DNA of 62,953 nt, the filler included, from Neolecta irregularis DAH-3 (taxonomy: Eukaryota), in assembly GCA_001929475.1 (NCBI GenBank). It is 6 parts of 6 records of this genome, joined end to end, with 100 filler letters (N's around TTAATTAATTAA, not from the genome) between each part and the next. Parts side by side here need not be neighbours in the genome. Positions count along the whole stretch, not along the records: positions 18,424 to 26,576 come from LXFE01001001.1; positions 26,677 to 54,425 come from LXFE01001003.1; 4 more parts are not named here. One strand, given 5' to 3'. This document shows, in pieces, positions 24,350 to 38,401 of the stretch (position 1 is the first letter of the stretch; each line of letters starts with the position of its first letter). A program made the translations under genes and the position numbers. The notes beneath the pieces were generated by a model. That model was not told the origin of the DNA, did no database searches, and saw only the letters and a list, made by a program, of their open reading frames with translations.

Positions 24350-26576
24350 ATGCCGCCCTCGCCGCCCTCGCCGCCCGATCCCACCGGTGCGCCGGCTGCA
24401 GACCCACTGGATGTGTGTGCTGTGTGCGCGGATTCTCTTGCTGCGCAGCGCTTTGTGTGGATCGGCTGCAGCGTGTGCGGGCAATGGTACCACGCTGCGT
24501 GTGTCGGCATCGAGGACTGCGCGCAGGTCGCCCAGTACCATTGTCCCGCCTGCGAACCGCTCCATGGTCCTTCTGAACGTACGCTGGATCTGCTGGCTGC
24601 GCCGTGCTGAGCCGCCAGTGCACAGGAGAAGCGCGCGCGCGCCGCCCAAAGTCGACTACGAGAGCCTCAACCAGGGCACGCCCGTCGTCGGAAACCGCCA
24701 TCTCCACGTCCGCCACTTTGGAGCCCGTGTCTACGCCCCAAAGCGCTTCTGCAGACTGCACGGCCACCAACTGCATGCCTGGGCTCGCGACTCGTACGAC
24801 GAACCCGTAGTCATCCCCAGAGAGTGGAAAGACTCGCTCGACATGACGATGCCCGAGCATCTGACAGTCGCACAGGTCGCTCACGCGGTCGGTGACGACG
24901 CTCCCGTAGAAGTCATCGGTTGCCTCCCCTCAATGGCCCGCGCTGACATCGCAGATGTATCTTCACAGCGAGAAGACAAGAACTGGACTCTCGGGCGCTG
25001 GAGAGACTACTTCAACACCCCAGTAGGCAAGAGAGACAAGATCAGAAATGTCATCTCTCTCGAAATAAGCCAGTCGCCGCTCGCAAAGGTGATCACGAGA
25101 CCAAAATTCGTCAGGTTCGTTTCTTGCGTGATTCCTCGTTTAATCTCCAGGGACATGGACCTCGTCGACAAAGTGTGGCCATCGCGACTCCTCAAGATCG
25201 GCGATTACCCGCACGTAAAACTTTATTGGTGTGCCACTACTTTCCACTCTTCTAATCAAACAGCCTCATGTCCGTCCAAGACTGTTACACGGATTTCCAC
25301 GTCGACTTTGCTGGTTCATCCGTCTTCTACCATATCATAAATGGTGCAAAGACATTCCTCTTCATCCCGCCTACTGAATTAAAAAAATACACCTCATGGT
25401 GCAATGATCCTGATCAAAACAAGTCTTTCTTCGCCGACCAGGTCAAGGAAACTTACCGCATCGACTTGACAGCCGGAGACACAATGATAATTCCAACGGG
25501 ATGGATCCATGCAGTTTACACACCAAAAGACAGTCTCGTCATCGGCGGAAACTTTTTGTGCCACAACCTTTCAGGACAAATTAATGTGACTAAAATTGAA
25601 CGAGAAACAAAAGTCCCGAGGAAATTTCGGTTTCCCGGGTTTGAGAGAGTTTGTTGGTATGCTTGTCATTGGATCGTACGACAAGCCATCGAGGACGGCA
25701 TTACATTTGCTGATCTTGACAAATTAACTACTAGTGGTGAATCTTTTCACGGATATCGACGATTAGATCTTGAGGCTCTCGCTTGCTATCTCCACGAACT
25801 TGTTCTTATTGCCCGTGGTCAAGTCAAAGGATTTAAAAAAACGGACATTCGCGATATTAAAGCGTCCGAAGCTTGCTCTGCTGAAGAACTCGTCGAACGA
25901 CTCTGCATTCTTCTCTGGAATAAGCAACCTGTATGGTGGAAAGGATCCGGCAAACGACAGTGGGCTACTGGTTGGAAAATGAAGCTTGGCGAGGTAGAAG
26001 CAAAGGATACTTCAAGTACTGTGGTCCCAGAAAACAAGCCAGCTGAAAACTTGCCAATTGCTTGGACCAAGACGTCTACTCTACACATTGTTCATCCATC
26101 GCTCGATGACGAGGTAGCTGAAATCGAACAGGTAACTTCAACAAGTGCCTCTGTGAAGATTCCTGCCAAGTCACCTCAATCTCCGTCACTGGATGCTAAA
26201 GTTCGGCTCGCTGAAAGTCCAACTAGGTTATCAAAAAGAAAGATAGATGAGCCACCTGACGGGCCGGACAATGAATTAATGCATAATTATCCCAAGCGAA
26301 AGACTACGGAAAATGGAAACGTTAAAACCCAGTCAACTGTTTCTACAATTCAAACTACTACAGACGACAATCGCTGTGGTTCCTCGGTGAATTTTGCAGA
26401 AATTTCCACGTTTCCTCCACAAAAGCCCTCTAGTAAGACTCGATTGAATCGTCATCAGCCTCACACCAACCCTATCGGTGTAACTAGTACACCTGCTTAT
26501 GACGCCAAATATCATAATATCCTTATTCAGAAACATGAATCGTCTTCCGATCTTAGCGATCTTTCGGACACAGACT
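24350..26576 (+). CDS. JHD1: PHD + JmjC histone demethylase (Jhd1/KDM2-like), 3' end lost in gap
   Basis: PHD finger CAVC..WIGCSVCGQWYHAACVG..YHCPAC; JmjC NVISLEIS, YTDFHVDFAGSSVFYH, IPTGWIHAVYTP..LVIGGNFL. Confidence 0.92.
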
Positions 26577-26676
26577 NNNNNNNNNNNNNNNNNNNNNNNN
26601 NNNNNNNNNNNNNNNNNNNNTTAATTAATTAANNNNNNNNNNNNNNNNNNNNNNNNNNNNNNNNNNNNNNNNNNNN
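26577..26676. other. Artificial contig linker
   Basis: N / TTAATTAATTAA / N, 100 nt; the genes on both sides are truncated. Confidence 0.98.
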
Positions 26677-29600
26677 GATCTGCAAACCCTCGAGACGATC
26701 CCCGTGTCGCTCTTCCGCCACGCCGCAGACATCGTCTCGCTCAACATCTCCAAGAACCTGTCGCTGCAGCTGCCGTCGGACATTCTGCAGTCGTGCGTCA
26801 ACCTGCGCGAGCTGCGCTTCGCGTACAACGAGGCGCGCCGCCTCATGTCCAACCTGTCGCTCGCGCAGAAACTCACCCACCTCGACGTCTCGAACAACAG
26901 GCTCGAGGACCTCGGCAACGCAGGCCTGCACAAGATCGAGACCCTCGTCGCGCTCAAGCTGCAGAACAACCGGCTGTCCGCGCTGCCCGCGGCCTTTGCC
27001 GACCTCCGCCACCTGCGCTCGCTCAACATCTCCACAAACAACTTTACAGAGTTCCCGCTGCCCGTCTGCAGCATCGCGTCCCTCGTCGACCTCGACGTGT
27101 CCTTCAACAGGCTCGAGTCGCTGCCCGCCCAGGTCGGCAGCCTCCACGCCCTCGACCGCCTCATCGCAAACAACAACCGCTTCCAGGGCGCCTTCCCAGA
27201 CACCATGCGCAACATGCAGTCGCTGCGCGAGCTCGACATCCGCTTCAACTTCTTCACAAACATCCAGGTGCTCGCGGAAATCCCAAACCTCGAGAGCGCG
27301 TACTGCGGAAACAACTCGGCGACCGCCTTCGACCCCAAACTGCTCCGCCTCAAGACCCTCCATCTCTCGAAAAACCCAATCACCCAGTTCTCCATCGCAT
27401 CGTCCACCCAGAGCCTCGTCTTTCTCACCCTCACCTCGGCCAAGCTCGCAGTCATCCCCCCCGCCGCCTTTGACAACATGCTCAACCTCGAGCGCCTGGT
27501 CCTGGACAACAACCAGCTGTCGACCATCCCCGCCGAGATAGGAAAACTCAAACGCCTCCAGCACTTCTCCTGCATAAAGAACCTGCTGTCGTCCCTGCCC
27601 CCAGAAATCGGCCAGCTGACCAACCTAAAGTCCCTCGACGTGCACAACAACAATCTCAAAGTGCTGCCCGCTGAAATCTGGCAGCTGACAAATCTATCCT
27701 TTCTCAATGCATCCTCAAACGTCCTCTGCTCGTTTCCCGCGCCCCCTCCTCAAGGCTCGCTATCCTCAACCGGCACCGCCACAACAACGCCCTCGGACGA
27801 AAAGATCCCCGACCCGCAACGAAAGCAAAGCGTCGTTTCCTTCTCCAGAATGAACACCACAATGGCCGCTACCCTGCGCACCTTGCTGCTCGGCGATAAC
27901 CGCTACTCAGACGACGTCTTTCAGGAACTCTCTGTCCTTACTGAACTGCGTGTGCTAAACTTGTCCTTCAACGAGATCATCGAAGTGCCCCCCTCAGCAC
28001 TCGGCCGCTTGCAGAATCTCGTCGAGCTCTATTTGTCGGGAAACGAACTAAACAGTCTTCCCGCAGAGGACTTTGAACGTATCCCCACCCTGCGCATATT
28101 GCACGTAAACGCAAATAAACTACAAACACTCCCCGCAGAGCTCGGAAAGATTCGCCGGTTGCTGGTCTTGGACGTTGGAAGCAATTCGCTAAAGTACAAT
28201 ATAAACAATTGGCCTTATGACTGGAACTGGAACTGGAATTTGGATCTCGTATATTTAAATATGTCGGGCAACAAGAAACTCGAGATTCGGCCCAGTATAT
28301 CCGTCAACCCTGCTGCTCGCGAACGCAATTTATCCGATTTCACGGCTCTGACTAAACTCCGTGTTCTCGGCTTGATGGACGTTACCTTGATGGTTTCTTC
28401 CCCTCCAGATCAGACGGAAGACCGGCGGGTGCGTACTACCAGTTCCGAGATCCACAATATGTCCTACGGGATGGCAGATTCACTTGGTCGTGATGAGCAT
28501 CTTTCAATCATCGATCTTGTCGTGCGTCGCTTTCGAGGAAACGAACACGAGGCCGTTTTTGGACTGTTTGACGGACAAATCAGTTCCACCTGTGGAAACA
28601 AGATTTCTCATTTTCTGCAGGAATCGTTTACTACCTATCTTTCTGCCGAGCTCTCTCGTCTGCGCAAGGAAGAAGGCATTCCAGACGGTCTACGCCGAGC
28701 TTTTCTCAATATTAATCGAGAGATGGGTCTAGCTGCTGGTGCAGGATTCAATGCAAAGAAAGGAGCTCAGCCATTATCCCAGCAGCGACCCTCCTTGGTG
28801 TCGATGCTCGGACCCGAAACTCTCACATGTGGTGCTTCCGCGCTGGTAATTTACCTGGTGGGCAAAACAATGTACGTCGCCAACGCCGGAGACGCCGTTG
28901 CGCTTCTTTCAAAAACAGACGGTGAAGCCAAACTGCTTTCTGAAAAACATCACGCCGCTTTGGAAATTGACAGGATTCGCGAAGCGGGCGGTGTCGTCTC
29001 GCGAGATGGGAAAATTAACGATATTCTCGAGTTGTCTCGCGCAATCGGGTATTTCCATCTCGTTCCTATAGTTCAAGCTGCACCGTACATCACAGAGATA
29101 ACTTTATCCGAGCAAGACGAGTTTGTCATCTTGGGCAATCGAGAGTTGTGGGAATACATCTCTTATCAAACGGCCGTCGATATCGCTAGAACAGAACGAG
29201 AAGATCTGATGCTTGCCGCGCAAAAACTGAGAGATTTCGCAATCACTTATGGCGCCAGCAGTAAAATCATGGTCATGATCATCGGAGTCGGAGACCTCTT
29301 TCACAAAAAGTCAAAAGCACGTATTCGAAATGCCTCTGCTCAGCGCGGTCTCTCTGGAAGCTCTGCCATCGAAGAAGAATTTATTTTGAAGAAGAAACGC
29401 GGAAAAGATGAACTTCCAGCTGACTCTGTATATCCCCAGTGTACTCCTGCTGACATGTAGGATCTAGCCCGCTTGGAAAGAGAAGTGCCCCCGCCTGTCG
29501 GAGAACTAGCCATGGTCTTTACCGATATCAAAAATTCAACAGCACTATGGGAAACAAATTACATCGCCATGCGCTCCGCCATAAAAATTCACAATTCTCT

Positions 29601-30632
29601 TATGCGCCGCCAACTTCGTATTATCGGCGGCTATGAAGTCAAAACTGAAGGCGACGCCTTCATGGTTTCGTTTCCAACTACTTTTTCAGCAATGCTGTGG
29701 TGTTTTACCGTTCAAACCCAACTTCTTCTCGCGGACTGGCCACAGGAAATTCTCGATTCTCCCCATGGAAAAGAAATATTCGACCCGGTATCGGGAAACG
29801 TCATGTATCGCGGCATCTCCGTCAGAATGGGTATTCACTACGGATCGCCGGTATGTGAACCAGACCCAATCACTCGTCGCATGGATTACTTTGGACCAAT
29901 GGTAAATCGGGCTTCCCGTATCAGTGCCGTTGCCGACGGTGGTCAAATTACTATCAGTTCAGACGCTGTTCGCGAAATTAAAGCGCTAGAGACTCTTCTT
30001 GACGACGGAGATGAAGAAATCGACCAAGACGAGTTTGGAGATGAAATACTACTCGCCTCGACTAGACGCGATATGAGCATGTTGAAAAAGATGGGGTTCG
30101 GTTTAGTCCCCATCGGGGACAGAAAGTTGAAAGGTCTCGAAAATCCAGAGTTTATTTCACTAGTGTATCCCAAATATCTTGGTCCGCGGCTGGAAATGGA
30201 CCTGTCTAGTGCTGCTAAACCAATTGTACCGGCTGGCCCAGAACAGGTCTTTCAGTCGGAGCAAAGATCAATCGATCTCAGAGACCTTCGCCACCTCGGT
30301 CTATTATGTCTTCGACTAGAGAGATTATGTTCAGAATATCCGCTGCCAGGATCCACACAGTCAAAAATGGAACTTCTTACCGGCCCGCTCGTTATCAAGA
30401 TCAAGGAGGACGAAGACAACATGGTGCTTGCAAAAGTGTTGGAAAACATCGTCACTCGAATCGAGGTGCCTTCTTGCCCGCACTTGAACTAACAGCACAG
30501 AACAGTATCTCCACTTTGTTTCTGCGTAGTGTTGCAGAGGCTACTTTAGGCAACCACGACACTTGTGATGCGGATTTCGTAGAACTTCTCAGCAAACTCA
30601 AGTTGTATCTGTCTTCTGGAGCCACTCTATAA
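26677..30632 (+). CDS. CYR1: Adenylate cyclase (LRR, PP2C-like and cyclase domains), 5' part missing
   Basis: Long LRR array, NWPYDWNWNWN, PP2C-like domain, catalytic VFTDIKNST..GGYEVKTEGDAFMV..RMDYFGPMVNRASR. Confidence 0.97.
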
Positions 30633-30888
30633 AAATCATTTTAATTAGTGCGTCTGTTTGAACAAGTAATTTATGTCTTAATCAGGCGGTCGTTTCCAGG
30701 AGTTGGTTTGTATTTTTTCAGTGGAATTCTCTTCGACAACTGTATGTACGTTTTTTGTGTACTGTAGAATAAGTATTGCAAGTTGTACGGAAAGGAATGG
30801 TAGGATGCTAAGAATTGTGTGCGGTTTTAAATTATATTGCAGTATACAGATCCAATGTTTATTGTCCGAGGTTATCTCGACCTCCACC

Positions 30889-31852
30889 ATGTCAACTCTG
30901 GCCTCTGTAAAAAAGTTTCTCAGCAGCAATGATGGTAATTCCCCAACGATACAGTCTCATTGGACAGTTACAACTGCAGTCCAGAACCGATTGCTCGTGG
31001 AGAATTTTGCGTTGGACAAACTCATGAGAAAATGCTACGATTATTCGACCCAAGAAATATCCCAACAAGAGTTGTATGCTGTTTCTTTTTCAACGCCGAT
31101 GCGTGTAGAGCGGAAAGACAAGAGGAAATCGATATGATCTTTTTGAATTTAAACGCGCTTTACCAAAAGGCTCAACTGCAATACGACTGCTGCCAGCGCG
31201 AAATTGCATATTATCGAGAAAAGGAGTCCGATCTAAGTGCGACGTTTCAGCGGTGATTCTGACTTGTAGATGCTCAATATATCGAAGCTGAAGCCGATAT
31301 TGTTGCTCTGCGAAAAGACTTGGAAGAGGCCCAGCGCATTCGGAGTAATAAACTAGAGTACGACGATATCGTCCAAAAGATCAAGGACAAAAGTCTCAGG
31401 TCGCGGTCAGAACAGCAAGAGTAATTCTCTTCCGACTGGTCAGAGCCAACTTTAGAGCAATCTTGAATCTCGAGAATGAGATAGCAGCGCTGGAAGCCGA
31501 AAAAGGCACATATTCACAGGTGTGGCATACGCGGAAGGAGCAGTTCCGGGCTATCATGGAGGCTTTACAAGGAATGCAAAGGCAAATTCAAGAAGAGAAA
31601 GAAGAACAAGGTATGTTGCTCGATTTTAAAGCTAATAGGAAAGAAAGGAAAGAAGGATTGGCTGAAGACGATCAGGATGACGGCGAAGAACTATCTGATC
31701 TCATGGACATTGACAAGGTTAAAGACTCTTCGCCCAAAAGCGAACAAGCGAATGGCAAGCTTTATCCTGAACCACAGGAGGCTGCTCCGGAAAGCGGTGC
31801 ATTATCAGAGGGCGAAGAATTAGGCACTGCAGAACAGTCTATGGTGGAATAA
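30889..31852 (+). CDS. THOC7: THO complex subunit 7 (THOC7/Mft1-like)
   Basis: Multi-exon coiled coil: QNRLLVE, QREIAYY, DIVALRKDLEEAQRIRSNKLEYD; acidic tail; start codon uncertain. Confidence 0.75.
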
Positions 31853-31992
31853 TTTACTTTTCTCGTACTTTGTTTTCCTGTCGAGCTGATTTCAGATTAT
31901 TTGTCGGGTAGGCATTAGAGTTTCACGTGCAATGGTGAATTTAACGCGGGTTATCGCGCCAAGCTGCGATAGCAATTGCGACTTTTTCCGCT

Positions 31993-34315
31993 ATGAATTC
32001 CGAGTCTCCTTTGTTGCTGTCCCAGAGAAATCCCTTGATCCAGCTACTCACACCGCAATTCACCCTTCGAGCAGTTGTCGCGGGGCTGGGAGTTGGTATC
32101 TTGTCCTTGACGGCAAATACATACTTTGGTCTGCAGACTGGCATGTTTATCTATGAAAAAAACAGTAACAGTCTAGGATGGGTATCAATGATGAGGTGAT
32201 CAACTGCCATCCCTTGTGCTCATCCGTCAGTCTTCCCTCGGGTCTCATCTCATTTTCTATCTTTAAAGCATTCGAAAAGAAGCTTGACACCCCCTACTCG
32301 AAACTCGAGAATGTTCTCAGCCAAACGATCGCAGTCGCTGTTGGGACAATGCCTCTTGCTGCAGGATTAGTCGGAATTATTCCCGCGTTCGAGAAGTTCT
32401 TACTCCCCGAAGAAGGAGGGCCGTGGATATTCTCTACCTGGGAACTTATCGTATGGAGCTTTGGAGGTCACATATCTACCCATTAACCGCCATTCATTTA
32501 TAGTTGCATTCTTTGGCGTATTCTTTGCGATTCATTTACGGCACCAAGTTATAGTCAAAGAGAAGCTGAGGTTTCCCAGCGGAAAGGTAAAAGTTAAAAG
32601 TGCTATTTACGAACTGTTCGTTCCTAGGCCACAGCGATGATGATCCAAGTGCTGCACCAGGGCCCCGAAGTAAATCTTCCATCTGCCACACTTGGTCATG
32701 AAGACAAATTATGGAGACAAAAGGTCAATTGTCTTATTTATTCATTCGTCGCATCCGCTGCATATGTATGAATCCGTCAATGTGATTGACCACCCTTTAG
32801 ATATCTTTCTCTTATTTTTTTCCAATAATTCGTAATCTTCCAATTTTTGGATCATATCTAGCCCAGCAATGGCTTTTCGACTTTCAACCTTCTCCAGCTT
32901 ATATCGGTCAAGGAATAATAATGCATCTACCTACAACGCTTTCTATGTTATTCGGGTGTTTTATTGGCTGGGGGATACTCTCGCCACTAGCAAAGAGTCA
33001 AGGATGGGCACCAGGACCCGTTGATGATTGGCAGTCCGGATCCAAAGGTTGGATCTTGTGGGCATCATTGAGTATAATGTCGGCCGACAGTATTGTCTCA
33101 CTTGCTGTCCTTCTTGTTCAGAACCTTCGATCAAAGTATCCTGGAAACCAGTATAAAGAAATCGGCGAGGAAATAGAGCAGTTCGATGACAACCCTCAAA
33201 CACATGATGATACAATTGGAGTCTCCTTTACGGTCGTGGGGATCTTGGCATCGAGTGTTATTTGCGTAATAGCGACAAAGTTCGTTTTTGGAGATGTGGT
33301 TCCGGTTTACACTATCATCTTCGCGATCGTGATAGCGGCTTTTCTCTCGATGTTAGCGGTGCGAGCTCTCGGTATGATTCGCAAAGCTAAAATTCGCCTA
33401 ATCTTCAGGACAAACTGATCTCAATCCAGTCAGCGGTATTGGGAAAATTTCACAATTAAGTGGGCTTTTCCCTGTTCATTTGCCCTAATTGGTAGTTTTC
33501 ATGTTTGTGGTTCCCAGATCAAATCCGAATGCCGTTATCATCAATTTGGTTGCTGGGGCAATTGCGGAAGCAGGGTATACTTGGTTTAAACAGACTCCAG
33601 TTTATTTTCAGTGCACAGCAAAGCGGTGATCTCATGCAGTATATGATTTTTGCTAGATGGATGGTTGATTATCTAGGGACTTGAAGACGGGGTATTTGCT
33701 ATCAGCTTCCCTCACTGCGCAATTTCATGGTCAGGTAAAGCTCAGTATTGCTGTTCATTAATTTCAAGTTAATTGGGTCTTTGTTCGGGGTTATCCTTGC
33801 GCCTTTGATATATCGGCTTTACACACGCATATATACAATTCCTAGTTCTCTATTTCAGATACCTACAGCACATGTATAAGCCTTGAAGCAAAATTGACTG
33901 ACAATTAGGTCTGGATCGATTGCTCTCGTCTAGTGACAGGGCAGGGCTTACCACCATATGTCCAACCGACATGTCTTGTCTTGGCAATCATTTTCGGAGG
34001 CATTTCATGTCTCAAAGCTATGAGTAAGCATCCATGGGTTCCCTATCTTCCAAGCGGGCTCGCTACTGCAATTGGGATGTATAATGTGCCGTCATTTACT
34101 TTTGCTCGTTTGATTGGAGGAATGCTATCGTGGTATTGGCTTCGCAGATGTCGGAAGAGGAATAAAGACGCTGATGAAATTTTGATGATTATTGTTGCGA
34201 GGTCAACGATTTATCCTAGTCGTATGCTGATATCGATAGTGGACTTGTTCTCGGGGAAGGAGTATTCTCAATTATCAATTTACTACTTGCGGCGTTTGGC
34301 GTGCCACATTTGTAG
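31993..34315 (+). CDS. OPT-superfamily oligopeptide transporter (YSL/YGL114W-like)
   Basis: QFTLRAVVAG, NTYFGLQTGWVSMM, ENVLSQTIAVAVGTMPLAAG, EKLRFPSG, GQTDLNPVSGIGKISQ, DLKTG; many short introns. Confidence 0.9.
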
Positions 34316-34435
34316 TTTTGTATGGGTTTGAAAGGAAAGGCTACATACAGAGGGTCAGGAAACTGGACTCGTGCATGACTTTAAAGGATTCATTAGAAGG
34401 TTGATAAAAAATCATTTAACCCAGTCGATTCCACT

Positions 34436-37400
34436 TCACTGCGGAGGACTTTCAACTCCGCCAGTGTATAATTTGTTGTACATTGGACATTTCGAACTAG
34501 ACTTGAATGTCAGCACTATTCTAAAATATCAATACCCTGGTATGTCCAACCTGTCCACAGGCGCTACATTTTCGCTAAAAATTGATTAAAGGAGCTTAAA
34601 TAGAGACCATACGATAGTTTGTTTAGGCTTTATCATACTAGGTGAACCACCTTCTGTGGTTACCATTAAACCTCCCTTTGCAGCTTTTCGAGCAATTCGC
34701 CGCTCCTGATTTCGTTTCAGTCGCGCAAGTTCATCTTCAAGTCTTCAAGGTAAGTTGAATATCTAAAGAAGAGACAAACAATTTTTTGCGACGTCGGTTC
34801 TTTTCCTCGTCGTCTGTTGGGTTTAATTGATCGGCTGTTACTGTCATATCCTCCATTCTTTGACGTCTCCTGACGTATGCATGAATGACAACTGGATCTC
34901 GAACAACCTCAACTCTGCGTTCCAAATGACCGTTTATATCGCGGACCTGATGGTTAGGTGGAATATGACTTGACAAAAGGAACCATTCGGACGATACGCA
35001 ATATTTTGTTGGCACTGCCGGCACTTAGATGGGAGTTTACAGATATATCATCATCATGGTCATCCGGAAATGGCGAAGCAGTTTCTGAGCGGGGAGTACC
35101 CATTGCATCCCGATATTCAGTAAACATTGTAAAGAATGAAATACCTCATCACGATGAACATCGTCGATATCGAAATCCGTGAGCGCTTGTTCTTCTGTAA
35201 TTTGTAAGCTAGCAGCTTGAGAATTCCAGATCCGGACAATCGCTTGATCATAAGCTCGTTGTTGTTGTGCAACGTTATAGCTATGTGTCGATTTCGAAAT
35301 GTTTTCAGGTGTACCGACTTTTGATAATTTCTCGTCGACGGATTCGCCGAGTGCTTTATACCCTCCCTTCATCGAAGTTCTGATGAAACTTATACCCTCG
35401 CCGCGACTAGTTGGATCTCCCTCTCCGTGAAGTTTGAGCATGGCTTTACCTTGCGTAGCGTTGATAAAGTTCCGAGTCGCGATCCAGGGCGCTAGTTGTT
35501 GCTCAGTCGTCAGGCTTGATTCATCTTCATTTTCTTCCTCAGCGGTCTTTCCGTATCCCGCATCTTCGAGAACACGCTGACCAACTTGCATGCTTTCGAT
35601 CAAGCAAGCCGTCTCTGGTGCAACCATAGCTCGAGTATTCTCCTCTGTAGGTAAAGTCTCAGTGGGTTTTAACATCCAGTAGCCCTGATTTTCGCCCTTC
35701 CTCTGGAAATCCATGAATTCCTAAAAGTTGAAAATACTTTTCTGGACAAAGAAGCAAACCTTCAAACGTTGTCTTATTTGCATCTCATTTTGATCAGGAA
35801 AATGAGGACTGAGATGTTTCACCAGAATCCTCAGATTTTCCCTCTTGAGCAGGCGGTATGCAATCATTTTCAGTCGATTCTTACTGGCCGTAGTTACCTT
35901 TCTAGCATTCGGTCCAGGTACGTCCACCACCGGTAGCGTTTGACCAACTACAAACAAATTTGGAATAGTTCGAAGATAATATTTTGAAGTCGATTTCACT
36001 TGTGACCGTATGACTAGAAAATCATTCAAAACAGGTTTATGACGGAATATCGGAGCACGGATGAGTTTGTTGTAATAAGTGGGGACGACTTCTCCAGAGT
36101 TTACAAAGCCAAAATTCCAAAAGGGACTTCTATCCATTGGATCTAGAGTTTGTGTTTCTCCGAGGTCCAGTTTGGGTCGCGTTTCATCATCCGGTGAAGT
36201 CTTTCTATAATAATTCACTATGCGAGTTCCCATACCAATATTATTCAGAACGAAAGGATATTCTTCCTAGGAAGATGAGAAACTGAGGACAAGATCGGAT
36301 ATACCGAAAACTCGAAAAGCACGAAATGAGAATTATCTCCTAACGAGAGATCCTGACTGGTTTTCATCAAAGTCATAGCGTCTTTCCCGCGATCCTTCTT
36401 TCTTTTCCGCGATTTTGTCTTTGAGAACCGCAGTGTTTGCTCTGGTTTGACGACAAGAGCAGATCTGTGAAAGGAACGAGCATGGGACTTGGACAGGATA
36501 GCTCGGTACTGGTCTCTTAGCTGTGGTCTCAGCGAAAGACATACAAATGGACTCTGTAGACGATAAGCAACCATACTGTGGTCTATATTTAACTGGCCGA
36601 GATTTGATCGAATTCTAGATTGCGTACTTTCTCGCAAGGCAGCGTAAGCTTCGTCATTTGAGATGTTGTATCGTTTGTTCAGATCAAGGTCTCGGAGTTT
36701 TCGATCCAATGGAACAAGGGAATGCTTGATTTCTTCTAAAGAAGATGAATGTATGAATTTGTTTAGACATACTGTGTTGAACGTCTAGGAGCAATCGCTG
36801 GTCATTCAGGTCTAGAATAACTTTGGTAAACGAAGATAAATCTCCTTCGATAATATGATCGTCTAACCAGTCGTCAAAGTTTAAATCAAGGATATTATAT
36901 CGAGTCTATTGTCAAGCTGAATGAAAACTTTGGAGAATACTGCAGTCTGGCTTTTTTCATCTTTCTCACCTTGGTCCCATGCGATTCGACTTTCCCAGTC
37001 GTCGCAAGCCAAGAATAAGTCAAAGTCTGGTGTATCTTGAGATGACTATGTCAATCAGTGCTATTAGTTAAGAGAAAAACCATTTCGCGAGAATTCTGTT
37101 GTTCCCTGGCTGAATCATCCATGTTCATCAGATTCCCTACCAAAAATCGAGTATTGACCGCATCCTTTTGATGCCGAGAAACCGGTCGTCGCATGCTATT
37201 GAAATATACCAGTTCGTCCAAATCGACTTCTAGCTGGATCTTTGTTGGAGCGACGACTGAATTATCAGCGTACCGATTTCAGAGCTGTATTGAACCTTTG
37301 GGAGTTTTTGATTTGGGGATATTGAAGCGTACGGGCTTGGAGGCAAACAATTCGCCGAACCGTAAAACATGGCCATCTTGAAAGCTGGGAAATCTGGTTC

Positions 37401-37683
37401 TGAACAACTTTTCCCTGTCGATTTCTGGGATTTGTGGGGTAATGGGCTGATGTAGATCCCACGATAAAGATCTCAATGGAACTCCCAGTCCGCCGTTTAA
37501 AAAAGACTGCAACTGGCCTAGACCTGCAGTTCCAACTTCCTGAATTAATTCTGCCACGTTATCGCCAGTTTTATTCGTATTCGTCGCTTCTTCCTCCTCG
37601 GGCAAATCATCATCTCCAATATCGTCAAAATCCAAAGGATCGTCAGCCATGTCCACTGGGGGATCGCCGAATAAACTGGCCAT
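34436..37683 (-). CDS. TAF1: TFIID subunit 1
   Basis: RYNISNDEAY, APIFRH, DQNEMQIRQRLK, EQQLAPWIATRNFINATQGKAMLKLHGEGDPT, C-terminal knuckle RKCSACGQVGH. Confidence 0.95.
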
Positions 37684-38401
37684 CCTGATATACTAGTACG
37701 GCATTCTTCGGTGCCGAGCTTGAGAGCGGCGTTTCGCGGAGGAGGTTGATATCAAGTCAGGGTTTCACGTGAAGGGACAGCAGACATAGTTCTACCGCTT
37801 TGCGATACGGATTTTGGGGTTCTTATTCAAGTAGAGATTATTTTCCGCACGAGACAAAAGCAGCAAGACCAGTTCCCAGCCCTAATTTTGACGCTAAGAA
37901 GAAAGCGTGCTTAATAAAAAGCACTGCGGCTGTCATATTCGCTGTACCGGTACTAGAAAGAAAGAATTTGGATGCAGGTGGGACAAGTTCGCTAATACAA
38001 ACCCAAGTATGCAACAATGCTGTAAAGAAGACTTCCAGGTGGTGAATTACAGCTAAGGCGCTGACTAAGCCGACCGGTGTGGCTAGGTGTGGCTGAGCCC
38101 TGAGACAGACTCACCACCAACGGTATGAACATTTCTGAAAAAGCACTATGAAAGTGCTCATACTGTTTTGTCTGTTATTTCGAACCGAATGCAGCAGTTC
38201 CCCTTCTTTTCTTTGCTTTTTGCTCTTGCTTTGCCCGGTGAAAGGATCTTTTGCCGCATGGCTTCCTTTCGAAGCCGGCCGAGGGGGGTGCTAGTCGCAT
38301 GTTGCCTTTTACGGCTCCCAATAGCTTCCTTTGCTTGCGAGTCGGGCCACTCTTGGCCGCCTTAAAAATGCTGCGTCTCCAACAAAAACTCGTTATTCCA
38401 A

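Noticed and set aside
26625..27707. Long antisense and alternate-frame ORFs over CYR1 (also over HST2/JHD1 and CCH1)
   Set aside because: Shadow ORFs caused by high GC3; no recognisable domains.
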